Shown: piece after piece, positions 28,701 through 40,635 of the stretch | Numbering within the stretch: the stretch's first letter is position 1 | How the letters are laid out: every line of letters starts with the position of its first letter | DNA from: Phaeosaccion multiseriatum | Lineage: Eukaryota; Protista; Ochrophyta, other classes | Assembly (NCBI GenBank): GCA_965112735.1 | Contig: OZ218957.1 | Location: 2,108,001-2,172,000, forward strand | Direction of reading: 5' to 3' | DNA: 64,000 nt | The notes under the pieces: generated by a model | The model's database searches: none | Told to the model about the DNA's origin: nothing | Seen by the model: only the letters and a program-made list of their open reading frames with translations | Position numbers and translations under genes: made by a program

Positions 28701-29236
28701 GCGACGGAGAGTGAGCCCTTCTGGGGCACCGCCTGGTAAGTCAGTGGGGAGGGAGAATGGGAGGGGGCGGGGGGTGGGAGTGGGAATGAGAGTGGGCAAG
28801 GAGGGGGGAGGGGGAGGGGGGGAGGGAAGAGGAGAGATCTGCTGCCTGCTGTTTGCCCCATGACCGTTCATTCGTTCATTCCTTCCTCCTCTGTCCCTCC
28901 CTGCCCCTCCGGTCCGCTGCCCCTCCTACCCCTCTCCCCCACCCCCAACCAACCCCTCGCCACCTCCCGGCCCACCTTGGGTATAGGCGTTGTATCCTTG
29001 GATCTGTTTGTCGTACTCCTCCCTGAGGTTGAGCTGAGCCTCCAGCACGGCAATAAGTCGGTAGTAGTCCGTGAGTTGCTCCTGGGTCCCCCCATGCAAC
29101 AGGAAGAGAGGGGTAGGGAGGGAGAGGGAGGGAGGGAGGGAGAGAGAAAGAGAGAAAGAGAGAGACGATATGGATATAGAGAGAGGGAGTCAGATGGAGA
29201 AGAGAGAAAGGGAGAGAGAGGGAGGGAGGGAGAGGC

Positions 29237-29292
<56 letters not shown>

Positions 29293-30686
29293 GCAGAAAG
29301 CCTTGTCCTTCTCAGCCGACCCTGCCCGTCCCGGCCTGCCCTGCCCTGGCCTGCCCTGTGTAGTCCCGCAATGTACCTGTACAGCGAAGATAAAGGCCTG
29401 GCACACGAGACCCCTCCCCCTCCCGTCGCCGAGGTCAAGCTCATCCGCACCGACAGCCTCCTGAAGGGGCGAGAGGGCGGAGGTCAGAGAGACGGGTGAG
29501 AGAAAAGAAGTCAGAGAGAGAGGGGCAGGTAGTGAGTCAGAGAGAGGGGCCAGAGGGCAAAGGTCAGAGGGAAGGGTGAGCGTTAAAGAGGTCAGAGAGA
29601 AAGGCAGTCAGTCAGTAAGAGAGAGGGGCCAGAGGGCGGAGGTTAGAGGGAAGGACAGTCAATCAAGGAGAGGGGCGAGACCTCCACTCTGTCGGCTCAC
29701 TCACACACACACACACACACACGCACTCACGTCGTTGACATAGTGCACGATCCTGGTGAAGAGCCACCCCATCTCGCACATGCGACAGATGAGGTCCCGA
29801 GAGGCTTTGCTCAGAGAGATGCGCGAAGAGATTTCGTACTCTTCCGTGTCGGCGTTGAGCGTTACAAACTTGCCGTTGATGCCTGGAGGGAGAAAGAGAG
29901 GGAGAGGGAGAGGGAGAGAGTGAGAGGGGGATGGGAGAGGTGGAGAGAGGAGAAAAAGAGAGGGAAGGGGGAAGGGGGAGAGAAAAACAGGGAGAGGGAG
30001 AGGGACATGAAGAGAGAGAGGAGGAGGGGAAGAGAGCAATGCAGAGGAACCGAAGAGAGATCGAAACATGAGATGAAGAGGGAGAGAGAGGGGCAGATGC
30101 AGACATGATTCGCGCTGCTGAGGAATGCGAAAGAGTAAGGGTGGGGCGAAACACTACTCAAAGCTCAAAGATGGAGGCTCAGAAGATTCGGGACTTTTGT
30201 GGTTTGTTGGTGAGTGCCCCCTGGTACTTCTTCTTCCCTTCTCCTTCTCCTCCTCCTCCTCCTCCTCCTCCTCCTCCTCCTCCTCCTCCTCGTCCTCGTC
30301 CTCGTCCTCCTCGTCGTCGTCGTCGTCGTCCGCTCCCCCCTTTCACTTCGAGACAGCAGAAAGTCCAACCAGGTTGTGTCTCACCTTGAAACGCATACAG
30401 CACGTCCCGCAGCATGACCTTCTCGGAAACCTCGCTCCGATCCACAGACTGGAAGTACTCTTCTCTCCTCGCCACCACCTGCCTCCCCGCCGCAGCAGCC
30501 CCTGCCCCTATCCCTCCTCCCCCCCCCCCCCTCTCTGCTGGCCCCGTTGCCGCTCCTTCCCCGAGCCCTGTCGAGGCTGAGGTGCCGTCTCTCCTCCTCC
30601 TTCCACTGCTGCTGCTCACGAGCTGGAGCGAACCCAAGGTGGGGTCCGCGAAGAGGAGAGAGGGGCTCATGAAGGCCCCCGACCCG

Positions 30687-30719
<33 letters not shown>

Positions 30720-31183
30720 AGCCCACCTCCCGCTCCTCCTCCGCCCCCCTTCCTCGAAAGCATCTGAAGCAGATGGAGGATCTGCGCCCGGTGCCTGAGC
30801 TCATTGTGCCGCACCAAGCGCTTGTAGAGCTGATCGAAACTCGTCTTCGCTTCCCTCTCCCCTTCTTCAAGAGCGGACGAGGAGGACGATGCCCCGTAGC
30901 CCACATGCGAGTGGGTGCTGCTGCCCCCGTAGATCTCCCCTATTCTGCTCCTAACCTCTTGACACGCAGTGTTGTCGTCGTACTCCTTGCCCACCCCAAT
31001 GCTGCTATTGAGGATGTTGCGGCTGAGGCTGATGGCCCCGCTGAGTGCGGCAATGGGAGGGTCATCCTTGATGGGGAGGGGAAGGCGCAGCACATCGCTC
31101 GCGAGCTCTTCCAGCAGCTTAATGGCGCTGATGGACCGCGAGTTGTTCTGCATCTGCTCGTCTCCTCTCGCGGAGGGCCTCAT
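23952..31183 (-). CDS. TUBGCP3: Gamma-tubulin complex component 3 (Spc98/GCP3), 12 exons
   Basis: VSEKVMLRDVLYAFQGINGKFV, LTDYYRLIAVLEAQL, LTLRRLAVW, WIFEGELLD..EFFV, ILVIGKSINFIR, ALKRFMLLGQGDF, GWQVFSMNYDVRAPL, YMMFEVLETSW and LRFLTFRLDFN. All introns GT-AG and phase-consistent. Confidence 0.95.
23985..24241. repeat. 60-bp minisatellite (about 4.3 copies) in the last coding exon of GCP3
   Basis: Unit GTTCCTTCTCCTCCCCTCGCCCCTGTCCCATGCAATGCCCCTGCCCCTGCCCTATGCAAT is repeated near-perfectly and encodes LHRAGAGALHGTGARGGEGT repeats. Confidence 0.95.
26226..26522. repeat. (TCAGGG)n telomere-variant-like hexamer array in a GCP3 intron
   Basis: About 45 degenerate CAGGGT units, directly visible. 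Confidence 0.92.
27620..27880. repeat. About 34-bp C-rich minisatellite in a GCP3 intron
   Basis: CACCCACCCATCCACCCTCTCTCTCACCCACACC repeated about 7-8 times. Confidence 0.88.
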
Positions 31184-32124
31184 CCTCAAGCTAGTGCTCA
31201 GCTATTGCTGTTGGTCATTTAGCATCGTTCTCTATGGGCAGTTGGCCAGCCAAGGCAAGCCGATCTCTCAGTGGGTCGCCTCTACAAAAAAGAGACTCTA
31301 GTATCGATACCTGCTACAAGGGCTGCCTGCTAGCGGCCTTGCGGGGCGTTCTTGTTGAGGGAGAAGAGGAGACTCTCCCTATATGCCACAAGGGAGAGCG
31401 AGCGAGCAAATCGAGATTCAAAAGGGGCCCAACAGATGGCACAAATGGAGTACCACTCGTACCAGCGGGGGGACGGACCTTCGCCTCGTCCGCATCCCCT
31501 CCATCAACAAACACCGCTTCCTATTGGGGCCCTGTTTTGTACTCTCTTTAATCTCTCTCTCCTTATAGACTCGTTTTTTTGCGCCGCGGAGGGCCCCGGA
31601 GGGTAAGGAGGGGAGTAGTGGTGGTAGGAGAGGTTCGCTTCAGCGGCCGAGGGGTAGCGTAGGGTGTTTTCGTGTTTTCACTCTCCCTCCTGGCCGAGGG
31701 GGGGGGAGCGCTGGTCCGGCGCCGCGGTTCAGCCGTCCCAGGGAAGGAAGCCGAAGCCGTCATTTGGGAGTAATTGGTCAGGTTCTTTTCTTCTTTTCCC
31801 ACGATGGTATCAACTTTGTTCCAATGGGGAGAACTGATGAGTCAGAGGGACACGACCTCGAGGGCTAAGTTCCCCGGGGCGGTGAGACATTACTTTTAGA
31901 CAACCATAGATGGCACTTAAGGGTGTAATATATATATAATGACCACAACGCCACAACAAATCGACTCCTCCCTACAAGTCGAAGTATTTCGTCAAGCGGA
32001 GGGTACGCTAGCTGTGACGCGGAACTCGATTAGGGGGGACAGGGGGCGGGTCACTGGTTGGGGGTCTAATAAACTGAAAGTGCTCACCACGACGTATCTG
32101 TACACACCGAGTCGAGAGGGTAAG

Positions 32125-34329
32125 TCACCAAGGCAGAATCTCCCCGGTTACAGCGTGCCAGAAGGAGCCCGAGTTGTCCATAGTGAGCCCGTCGATCCGC
32201 TCCATCATCCCACTGCAGAGAGGAGGAGGAAAGGAGAGCGACAGGGAGGGGAGGGGTGTTAAGAGTGGAACTTCTGCTAGACTGGCACCTAAGATCCTCT
32301 GAAATTTCAGCCTAAATGTGAGGTGCCAGGCTACTGTGGAAGTAAAAGTACGACTCTTAACAAGACCATTGCCAGAGTCACCCCCCCCCCCGCAGCGTGC
32401 GGAGCTCTCCTTTCTTCCAAATTCAAGACCCAATTTTCGCCATCCAGAACAGAAATGATGTTTTTCTTCAGCAAGCAGACAACAGCAGGTTCCGAACTCA
32501 CAATCAGCCTTGTTAAGAGTCGTACTTTTGCTTGACTGGCACCTCCCATGCTGAAATTTCAGAGGATGGGTGCCAGTCTAGGAAAAGTACGACTCTTAAC
32601 AGGGGGGACGCATCGGGCACAGAGAGAAGAACAAGGAAAAGAGAGAGAGGAGGGTGGCAGTGGAAGTGGGCTTTCCTAATTAGTCCCCCCCCCCCCACAC
32701 ACACATAAGGCAATGAGTCAATGAGCAAAGAAAGCAGGAAAAGCACAAAATCTACAAGAAAAGCTCAACACCTCAAGACGCAATGAGATGAGAGAGATGG
32801 AGTGAGTGTGTACGCACTTGACAGAGGTGGTGGGGCTGATGCTGTTGACGGGGTTGTACTTTGCAATCATATCCGTCAGTACCAGGCCGGGGTGGAGAAT
32901 ACCCACTGCGATTTGCCTGTTTTGCGACTTGAGTGTCTGCAGCAGAGCACAAAGGGAGAGGGAGAGGGGGGCGGGGGGGTTGAGGGTAAGAGGGGTGGAG
33001 AGGGAAGAGAAGGACGGAGGGCGAAGGTGAAGGGAGGAGATGAGGGGCGGAGCTGCTCCATAGACACGCACAGCACTTTTCCGGGAATGCACTTACGTTG
33101 GCCAAAGCTACGGATGCGATGTTCAGCGAGATTTTGCTGGTGATGGAGCGAGCGAGAAGGGGGCAGGCAGGCAGGCAGGCAGGTCGGCAGACAGACAGGC
33201 GGGCAGGCAGGCAGACTGGATAAGCGTTGGTATAGGCCTCGTGATAGACTGTCAACACACGTATCACGCGCATGCGATATCTTACGATTGACCAATGCCC
33301 TTCCTCCCAAAAGGCCCACCCGCCGCTCTCCGGCTCACATTAGTAGGCCATTCCTTCTGTACCCGAACTGATTCATGAGAGCAAAACTACGCATGCCTCA
33401 TGCTTTTTCAAAGCCGAGCTGCGAAGTGCTTCATACCTCATTCGATAGCCGAACTGGTTCATACTCGCGTCCGCGATGCTGCTCATTCTGCTCGTGATCA
33501 TGATCACCTTGCCACCATCCTTCATGAAGGGAAGCACTGCTTCGGTGACACGGAGGGGGCCGAGGGCGTTCACTTTGAACTGGGTCTCCATCTCTTTATA
33601 GTCGAGGGTCTCTAATGTGTCCTTGCTTTCGAACAAGGAAGGTGGCGGGTGGTGCAGGGGGGAGGAGGGAAGAGAGAGTGGCGTTGAGAGTGGAGAGAAG
33701 ACAGAGGGGCGGGGGGGGGGGAGAGGGGTGAGAAACGACATAGTCGTGGTCTCGAAAGACGGTAAGAGGCCGCCCAGCCGAGATAGGAACCAGCATGCAA
33801 CCCCTGTCTCCACTCTACTCTCCCAACTCACCGATGAATCCCTGCGTTGTTGACCAGGAGGCCTACCTCGCTGCCCGTCGCCTTGAGCGCTTCAGAGAGC
33901 GAGACGATACCTTCTGCTTTGGAAATATCCACCCCTACCACCGTGCCACAAGGGGGGGCTCCTTACTTCAGGCATGATGGTCCATACAGAAAAAAAAATG
34001 AGATAGTTTTTCCCTCACTCACCCTCTACAACCTCCACGCCTGGCTTCAGAGCCTCCAGACCCTCCGAAGAGCTGCGGCAGACTGCGATAACCTTCTCCC
34101 CCCTCTCTTTGAGCTGCTTCGCCAGCTCAAGGCCAATTCCTCGATTGGCCCCCGTCACGAGGGAGATCTTCGAAGGGGACGACATGGACGCTGCGTTCCC
34201 TTTTAGGCCCGTTCGTCCACCCCTGCTGCCACCGGAAGAAGCCGTTTGAAAGGCGAGAGAACGTGCCGGTTGCACACAGAGAAAGATGAGTATGAGAAGC
34301 TCAACACCAAGAGAGGAGCTCACAATCAT
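32125..34329 (-). CDS. Short-chain dehydrogenase/reductase, CsgA/C-factor-like, with probable bipartite plastid leader (6 exons)
   Basis: LVTGANRGIGLELAKQL, LLVNNAGI, VNALGPLRVT, ITSRMSSI, YRMSK (YxxxK split by an intron), LHPGLVLTDM and C-terminal NSGSFWHAVTGEILPW*. Leader ...LLILIFLCVQPARSLA-FQT. Confidence 0.93.
32257..32601. mobile_element. Non-coding foldback/MITE-like element made of two inverted, individually palindromic units
   Basis: Units 32257-32362 and 32511-32601 are reverse complements of each other. Each starts TGTTAAGAGT, ends ACTCTTAACA and has the palindrome CTGAAATTTCAG at its centre. Lies in the last SDR intron. The structure is seen directly; mobility is inferred. Confidence 0.65.
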
Positions 34330-34456
34330 CGGACGAGGAGTGCGGAAGCAAAGCGCCTCCCCGACTTTGAGTCTGGATATCACAAATGGCGATCCCTCTA
34401 AATCTTCTCCCCTTTTCTCCTATAAACCCCTTTTCTCCTTCTTCCCCTCCCCTTCC

Positions 34457-35788
34457 ATGGCGTCTACCACTCAGCAACGGTACCCCTTCTCCTCCCGGAA
34501 CTTTGACGGTAGCTCTGAGATCCCCGAGGATGTAGAGGGAATCCCTCTGGGCGACGGAGATGACGAGGATGTTGAGCCCTCAACACCGGTGACTCTCCAG
34601 TGGAACAGGGAGCATAGCTCTGTGGAAGCAGAACTCAAACAGAGGGACGGAGTGCTGAACTGCGACGTCTTGCTGGTAGGAGGCTCACAGGTGGCGAGCT
34701 GCTTCCTCTCGGCCTGTCTTGTGGGCGAGCTTGAATGGATCGGAACAATCCTTATGCCTGTCCGGGGTGGTGATGGCCCAATTCGCCAAGTGCCCCCCCC
34801 CTCAGAACCCCTCGCTGACCTCAACAATTGCAACATCTTCCGAAGGAAGGAGAGCGGCCAGCAAGAGGAGCCGAGCGTAGTCGTGTTGCTGTGCCCCTGC
34901 TCCGTATCGACGAGGGATGAATTCAGGTATGGTACCTTTCTCCCTCGTTTCCCTCTGCCTCTACCTCTCAACAATACAAAACCCAGGTTGAGAACACTGG
35001 ACACTCGCACCCCCCCCCACCCACCCACCCCTTTTTTATACCCATTCCTTCGCTCATCCCACCTCCCCTCCCTCCCTCTCTCCCTCTACCCATCCACTGC
35101 CCTCTCTCTCCCCAGCTGGAAGACCGAGGTCATGAGCAAGCTGCACCCAAGGGCTCTTGTGGTGTACGACTCGCTCCTACCTGGGGGGGGCAGCGCAGAC
35201 AGCCTTAGAGACATGGCCGCCAACCTTCACCTCCTCCACACACAGCCCTCTGCGGTGCAAAGCATCGCCACCTCTGCGCTGGGGGGGGTGGCACTGCCGG
35301 GACGCGGAGGAGGAGAAGGAGGAGAGGAGGGAGCAGAAGCAGAAGGGGAAGCACATCGGGCAACAGCCCTGAGCCAAGTAGCGAGCTCCTTCCCGCCCCT
35401 GAGCTCTCCTGTGCAGTTGGCGGGACCCGGAGCAGCACTACTGCAACACGCCCAGATCCACGGCATCCCGGCACTGGGGCTGGTGGTCAGAGTATCGGCG
35501 GAGGAGTCTGAGCCCGTGGCGAAGGCATTGGAGCTGCTCGCTGGGACGGGGAGTGCTGTTGGAGAGGGGATTTTGGGGCAGGGGGGGGAGGCGGGGGAGT
35601 CAGTTCTGTTTGGCACGGAGGCGTTGGAAAGGTGTAGGAAAGGGAGCAGCCCAAATGGGAAGGGAGGGGTAGGGGGTGTGACGGTGGGGGGGGCTGGAGG
35701 AGGCAATGGGGGCTACTTCGAAGGGGGGTTGGATTGGATGAACCTGCCGCCGCCCAGGGCCATGGACAGCAGCAACATGTACGCCTGA
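34457..35788 (+). CDS. PSMG1: Proteasome assembly chaperone 1 (PAC1)-like, 2 exons (intron 34927-35115)
   Basis: N-terminal SSRNFD followed by an acidic stretch; PLSSPVQLAGPGAALLQHAQIHGIPAL segment; C-terminal SNMYA* is an HbYX motif as in PAC1 proteins. Confidence 0.72.
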   Translation: MASTTQQRYPFSSRNFDGSSEIPEDVEGIPLGDGDDEDVEPSTPVTLQWNREHSSVEAELKQRDGVLNCDVLLVGGSQVASCFLSACLVGELEWIGTILMPVRGGDGPIRQVPPPSEPLADLNNCNIFRRKESGQQEEPSVVVLLCPCSVSTRDEFRYGTFLPRFPLPLPLNNTKPRLRTLDTRTPPHPPTPFLYPFLRSSHLPSLPLSLYPSTALSLPSWKTEVMSKLHPRALVVYDSLLPGGGSADSLRDMAANLHLLHTQPSAVQSIATSALGGVALPGRGGGEGGEEGAEAEGEAHRATALSQVASSFPPLSSPVQLAGPGAALLQHAQIHGIPALGLVVRVSAEESEPVAKALELLAGTGSAVGEGILGQGGEAGESVLFGTEALERCRKGSSPNGKGGVGGVTVGGAGGGNGGYFEGGLDWMNLPPPRAMDSSNMYA

Positions 35789-37194
35789 TCGGTAACGGGG
35801 CTTCAATTTGGTTGAACCTTTTCAATAGGCTCGTTTCTGACTCGGGGAGGGAAGAAAAATGACCTTTATCTTTACTTGACCCTATCACCGACACTTATAG
35901 CTACCTACGGGTGCGTCAGTACATTCCATCTCCCGATGCGGCACTCCTTCATACGTCCGTGTTGCGTGTGGCTGCCTCTGAAATGGTACATGAGGGACAT
36001 GAGCGGCGCTTCGAGTTCAGCTTAGGTGGAATGTTTGTCTTAGAAACCATACGCCTCCTCAAGTGCTACCTGTATGCCTCTACTGGAGCACACACTCGTA
36101 GCCCCTTACTGAGGAAGACTGATTGTTGACTTATTGAGGGAAGACTGTGATGACCCATCGATCGATCGAAGCCAACCACCCAGCCAGCCACGTGGTGTGC
36201 CAAAAGATACCGCGGTTATCACACATCACAGTCGCCTCTGGCTCCTCGTCCATCTACTGCCATCCCCACACCGCTCCGAGCCCTCGTCCCTCGCAACCTC
36301 AGGTCAGTCGGCGCTCCTCAAAGACCCCCAGAGCTGAGCTGATTCCTCTATTCTTCCTGCCGCCCCTCCACTGCCATCCCTCCTCCCCTGTTGCTGGTAC
36401 TCATCCACTGCGCTCGTCACACGGAGGACCAACATGCACACATGCACACACTCTCTCTTGCCGCGGGTTGGTCCCATCCCCAAAGGAGTCGAAGGAGAAG
36501 CCGCCTCTTCTTCTTCCGTCTCCGGATGGAGTCCGGAGGCCCTCGCCTCTGCTTTTGAGTAGAGAGAAAGAGGGCCGAGCAGCGCCACCAGTTGCTGCGG
36601 TGCTGTGGTGCTGCGGTGGTCGACGAAACTCTTGTGCGGGGAGCGAGCGCTTTGGCACATCCACCCATCCCTTCGCTGCTGCTTTTGCCACTCGTACCAC
36701 AAAATACCGTGCCGTGGTAGTCATTGGTTGGCGGAGGGCTGAAGGTTGAATCGTGGAGAACATAGACCGCACCCTCCCCTTCCCCCCCCTCAGCCCCAAG
36801 GAGATCGAACCAAAGAGGGCTTCAGGGTCTCGGCGGGGAGGGGGGCGTAGGTGAATAGGCAGGATGAAGAGACTCAAACGGAATCCGAAAGTCCCTATCG
36901 CAGGGCTGTTGTCAGTGAGGGCCCAGGCAGCACGGACCGGCGGCATAGAGGCGCCCTGCGACCTCCGATGGGCAGCTGGGCCTCCCTCGGCCCTTAGGAG
37001 GAAGGAAGGGATGCTCCACCTCCCTCCCCCCGTCTCCTCTTCCTCTTGCCGGCTGCTGCTGCTGCCGCTGCTGCTCCTGCTCCGGTACTCACCATTCTCA
37101 CAAGATTGGCAGAGGTGGCTCTCGATGCAGAGAAATCATCAGCCCATTCACCGCTGTTGATCACCCGCCTATTCGCCAGTTGAGGAGCATCCCC

Positions 37195-37827
37195 CTAACT
37201 ATCAAGCACAACCGCCTGCAGGAGGAGGCCGATGGCTAGGGCGAGCTGAATGGGAAAGAGGGTCACAAAGGCCTTGAACACACGGCCATTTCCACGCCCA
37301 ATGCACTTGCCGGTCCATACACAGTGGTGATCCAGGCTGCACGCACGCACGTACGCACACACACATGCATAGAAGGATGGGAGGAGGAGATACTTTCAGA
37401 GGAGACACGCTAGGACAAGCGGTGGGGGAGAGAGAGCGACGACCAGACAGTGTACATACACAGCATCATGAAGGAGCATCAGCGAGGGGGACCGCTGCTC
37501 TCACACTTCATCAGCATCGAGAGACACACACACAGAGAGGAGAAGAGAGAGGAAGAGAGAGAGAGAGAGACGGCAACAGGGCACACACTCTCACCAAGAG
37601 TCTCACCGCTTGGTAGCTCACAGTCACTCACTCAGCTCATGCCTGCCATATCATATCCTTACCTCTCTATGCAGACGTTGCAGTCGCTGCAGTGCAGAGC
37701 GTCGGGGGGTCGATAGGAGGAGCAGCGCTGGCAGTACGAGCATCCCGGACCGGGGAGTTGCGGAGTACTGAGGCGTGATGTGGTGATCAAGTCAGTGCCA
37801 CAGCATCATCGCCAGCAGGCATGAAAG

Positions 37828-37870
<43 letters not shown>

Positions 37871-38638
37871 GTACATACAGAACAGCAAGGATCGACGGGG
37901 AAGGGACACAGATGAGAGTTGGATGTGAAAGGGCTGAGCAGCGAAGGAGAGAGGTGTCCCTGCACAAAACGATAGAGAATGCCGTTGCTGCAGTGATGAC
38001 ATGACGAGGTAGAAAAAGACGGAGGCTGATGAGAAAGCGTAAGTGGACGATGCAGTCAGCCTGCCAATAAAGTCAGCCAACGTAAGAGGCACGCCCTGAA
38101 GGAGTGTTACGCACCTCTTGACAATACCAGGGTTGATGACTGCGAGCGCGATGAGACAGCTCAGTGTTAAAAGCATCAAGAGCAGCATGATTAAACCCAG
38201 CGGCCACAGCTTGGGCGGCAAGAGGCTGATCGCCAGCAATGCGGGAGCTATGGTCCCACAGATCGTGACGATGAGAGTGGGCCAATCGGGGCCAACGAAG
38301 AGCATTCTGCGTGTCATTGATCGGACAGATTGCATGACACAAGGTTGGTGAGGTGGGGAAGGGGCAGCTGAAGAGAATGCAGACCACAGAGAAGGAAAAC
38401 CTCACCTCTCTTTGCCACACATCCCATACACAAAATAGTTTCCGATGCGCACAGTGTTTATTGCTCCGCAGCACAGCTGCCGCGGCTCCCCTTGCTCCTG
38501 GACATACTCTCCACCACTCTCATCAGAGTCGATACCTTCGGCCAGAGCTGCGTCAGGTGCCTCGTGTACCTCGTCTTCACTTCTCTTGACGTTCTCCCCT
38601 GATAGAGGAGGTCCTCCCAGCAACAACCCGTCCTGCAT
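37195..38638 (-). CDS. DHHC palmitoyl-acyltransferase (Erf2/ZDHHC9-like N-terminus), 4 exons, ending after TM3
   Basis: MLFVGPDWPTL, two TM helices, NPGIV, YCQRCSSYRPPDALHCSDCNVCIESLDHHCVWTGKCIGRGN, one further TM, then stop. Confidence 0.9.
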
Positions 38639-38926
38639 GGAGAGGAGAAGGCGAGAGAGAAGAAAAAAGGGGAAGAGGATAAATGATTACTTTTCCCGGA
38701 TGGCACCCGAATCTGCTTACACGACGTCCCCTCCTCGATTCATTCCTCTCTCTCGTCTCTTGGCTTCTTGCTCCTTGGAAATCGATGAGCACGTAAGTCC
38801 TCTAACTTTGACTGCCTGGGAATCTCTTCTTGAGCCCCTCTTTTTCAACTGGAAGTGAGGGACGGCACGTAAACGCCCATCCCTTCTACCAAGGCAGCCC
38901 CATCAGGGGCAAGACCGGCAGTCAAC

Positions 38927-39559
38927 ATGGGTGAGCGCATGCTAATGTGGCAGGTGATCGTTGTACAAGCCAAGAACCTCGGCCGGAAGCCAGACATGAA
39001 GGTTCAGGTGCGTGGGTTGAGGAGGAAGAGGAGCCAACGGGAGTGTATGAGAGTAAAGAGAAATGAAAAATGGGAGTGAAGGAGATGTTCTCCTTCATCG
39101 CGGTGACTATAGCGCCGTTGGAACAAAGCAAGAGAGAAAGCGACGGAGCCTCTGGGGCTGCTTTCTTGGAATACGGACGCCATTGCTTACATGTTGTCAC
39201 ATTGCTGTATCTTCTTCCGCCTCATCCTCCCGCCTTCTTCTTTTCGCTCTTTCAGACCATTATTAGATACGGAGATATGGAGGAAGGAACACAGGTCAGT
39301 GAACGGAAATAGCCCATGGTGCTTGTGGAGTATTGTGGATCGTCTTCTGCTCCCCTTTCTCGCGCTCACAAGCAAGCATCATGCCCACTTCCCCATGTCT
39401 GACGTGACTCCCTTCTCTCTGTGCCCCATTTCAGGTGGCTGGAGGGAATCAGCCCTTGTGGAACTATTGGTGAGAGACGGGGGCGGAAGAGCATTGTAAC
39501 AATGGGCGCCTGTGGAGATACGGCAGAGGATGGGGGCAAGGCAATGTCGTCTTCCACTA

Positions 39560-39602
<43 letters not shown>

Positions 39603-40586
39603 ATACTATGTAAAGTAACCAACCCGATCGGTTGCGATTCGTTCTACCCCATACAGGAGTCAGTACGAGGACATGGGGGAGGAGGTGCAAGAGATGGAGT
39701 TTCTCATCGTAGACACGAGTGACGAGCACAAAAGGTAAGGCCAACGGAACATAGGCAGTCTTCAGCTTTCAGCTTATGTGACCTTATCAATATCGAATAC
39801 CATAAATGGAGTCGATATCGAAGCTTCTGTGCTTACTCCAGGTAGGCAGGGCGGGCGGGGAGGAAACTGAAGCGAAGAATAAAGCGAGAGAGCTAGAGAC
39901 GGGAGAGACACGGGAAGGGGGAAAGGAAATGTGCCAGACAAGACAGGGGGAGTAAAGCGAGGTGAGAGGGGAGGAGGGCCCGCAAGAAAGCATCCAGCGC
40001 CCCCCCCCCCCCTCACTCTATATCACGAGAGAGCCGCCCTGAGCCTCCGAGTCATACCCGATACCCTAAACGGCAGTGTTTTTTTGAAGTGAAAAGGCTA
40101 AGCATAAAGTAGGACGGGTTATCGAAATTGAAGCTCAACCAACCAACCAACCAATAAACCCCCTCCCTGCTGCGCTGATCACTCGCTGCTGCCGACCATG
40201 ATTCATCAGCTACGAAGTCGGGCAAGTGACGCTTGACCTTACGCAGTTCCGCAAGAAGGTCAGCCGAAGCTTTGACACGTGGAAGAGAATCGAGAAAGAC
40301 GGTGCGTGCAGTGCGACAGAGACTGCCATTGCTCACTGGACCTTCTTTAATCACGCCTTCCTTCCACCAACCACCTGCCATTGTTTAGTTTCAGGTTCGT
40401 CTCTTCAGCCACTCATTTTTGACTTGACTTGACTTGATTTTTTCTTTTTTCTTTTCCTTTCCAGGGAAGAAGTTGCCCGGCGAGATCCATCTGACCATAA
40501 CGCTGGAGAGCATCGAGGTGGACGGAGAGGAGGGGGGCGGCCAAAGAGACTGCGCTGAGCTCATGGCACAATGCAATCTCATGTGA
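38927..40586 (+). CDS. Small (148 aa) single-C2-domain protein ending in a CaaX box (CNLM)
   Basis: Exons 38927-39007, 39256-39294, 39435-39469, 39657-39734, 40210-40301 and 40465-40586 are all GT-AG and phase-consistent. Translation: VIVVQAKNL..TQVAGGNQPLWN..MEFLIVD..VGQVTLDL..DTWKRI..GEIHLTITL..DCAELMAQCNLM*. Not recovered by the ORF track. The start may extend upstream (donor-like GTAAGT near 38792). Confidence 0.85.
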
Positions 40587-40608
40587 TCATGTCCATGCCA
40601 TACGATGA

Positions 40609-40635
40609 TGACGTCATGGTGACGTCATGTGACGT
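40609..40635. promoter_or_regulatory. Cluster of three TGACGT(CA) bZIP-type motifs
   Basis: TGACGTCA at 40609 and 40620, TGACGT at 40630. Function unproven. Confidence 0.3.

Noticed and set aside
35900-37160. Possible extra gene between PSMG1 and the DHHC gene
   Set aside because: One donor-like site and short ORFs, but no recognisable domain or consistent exon chain.
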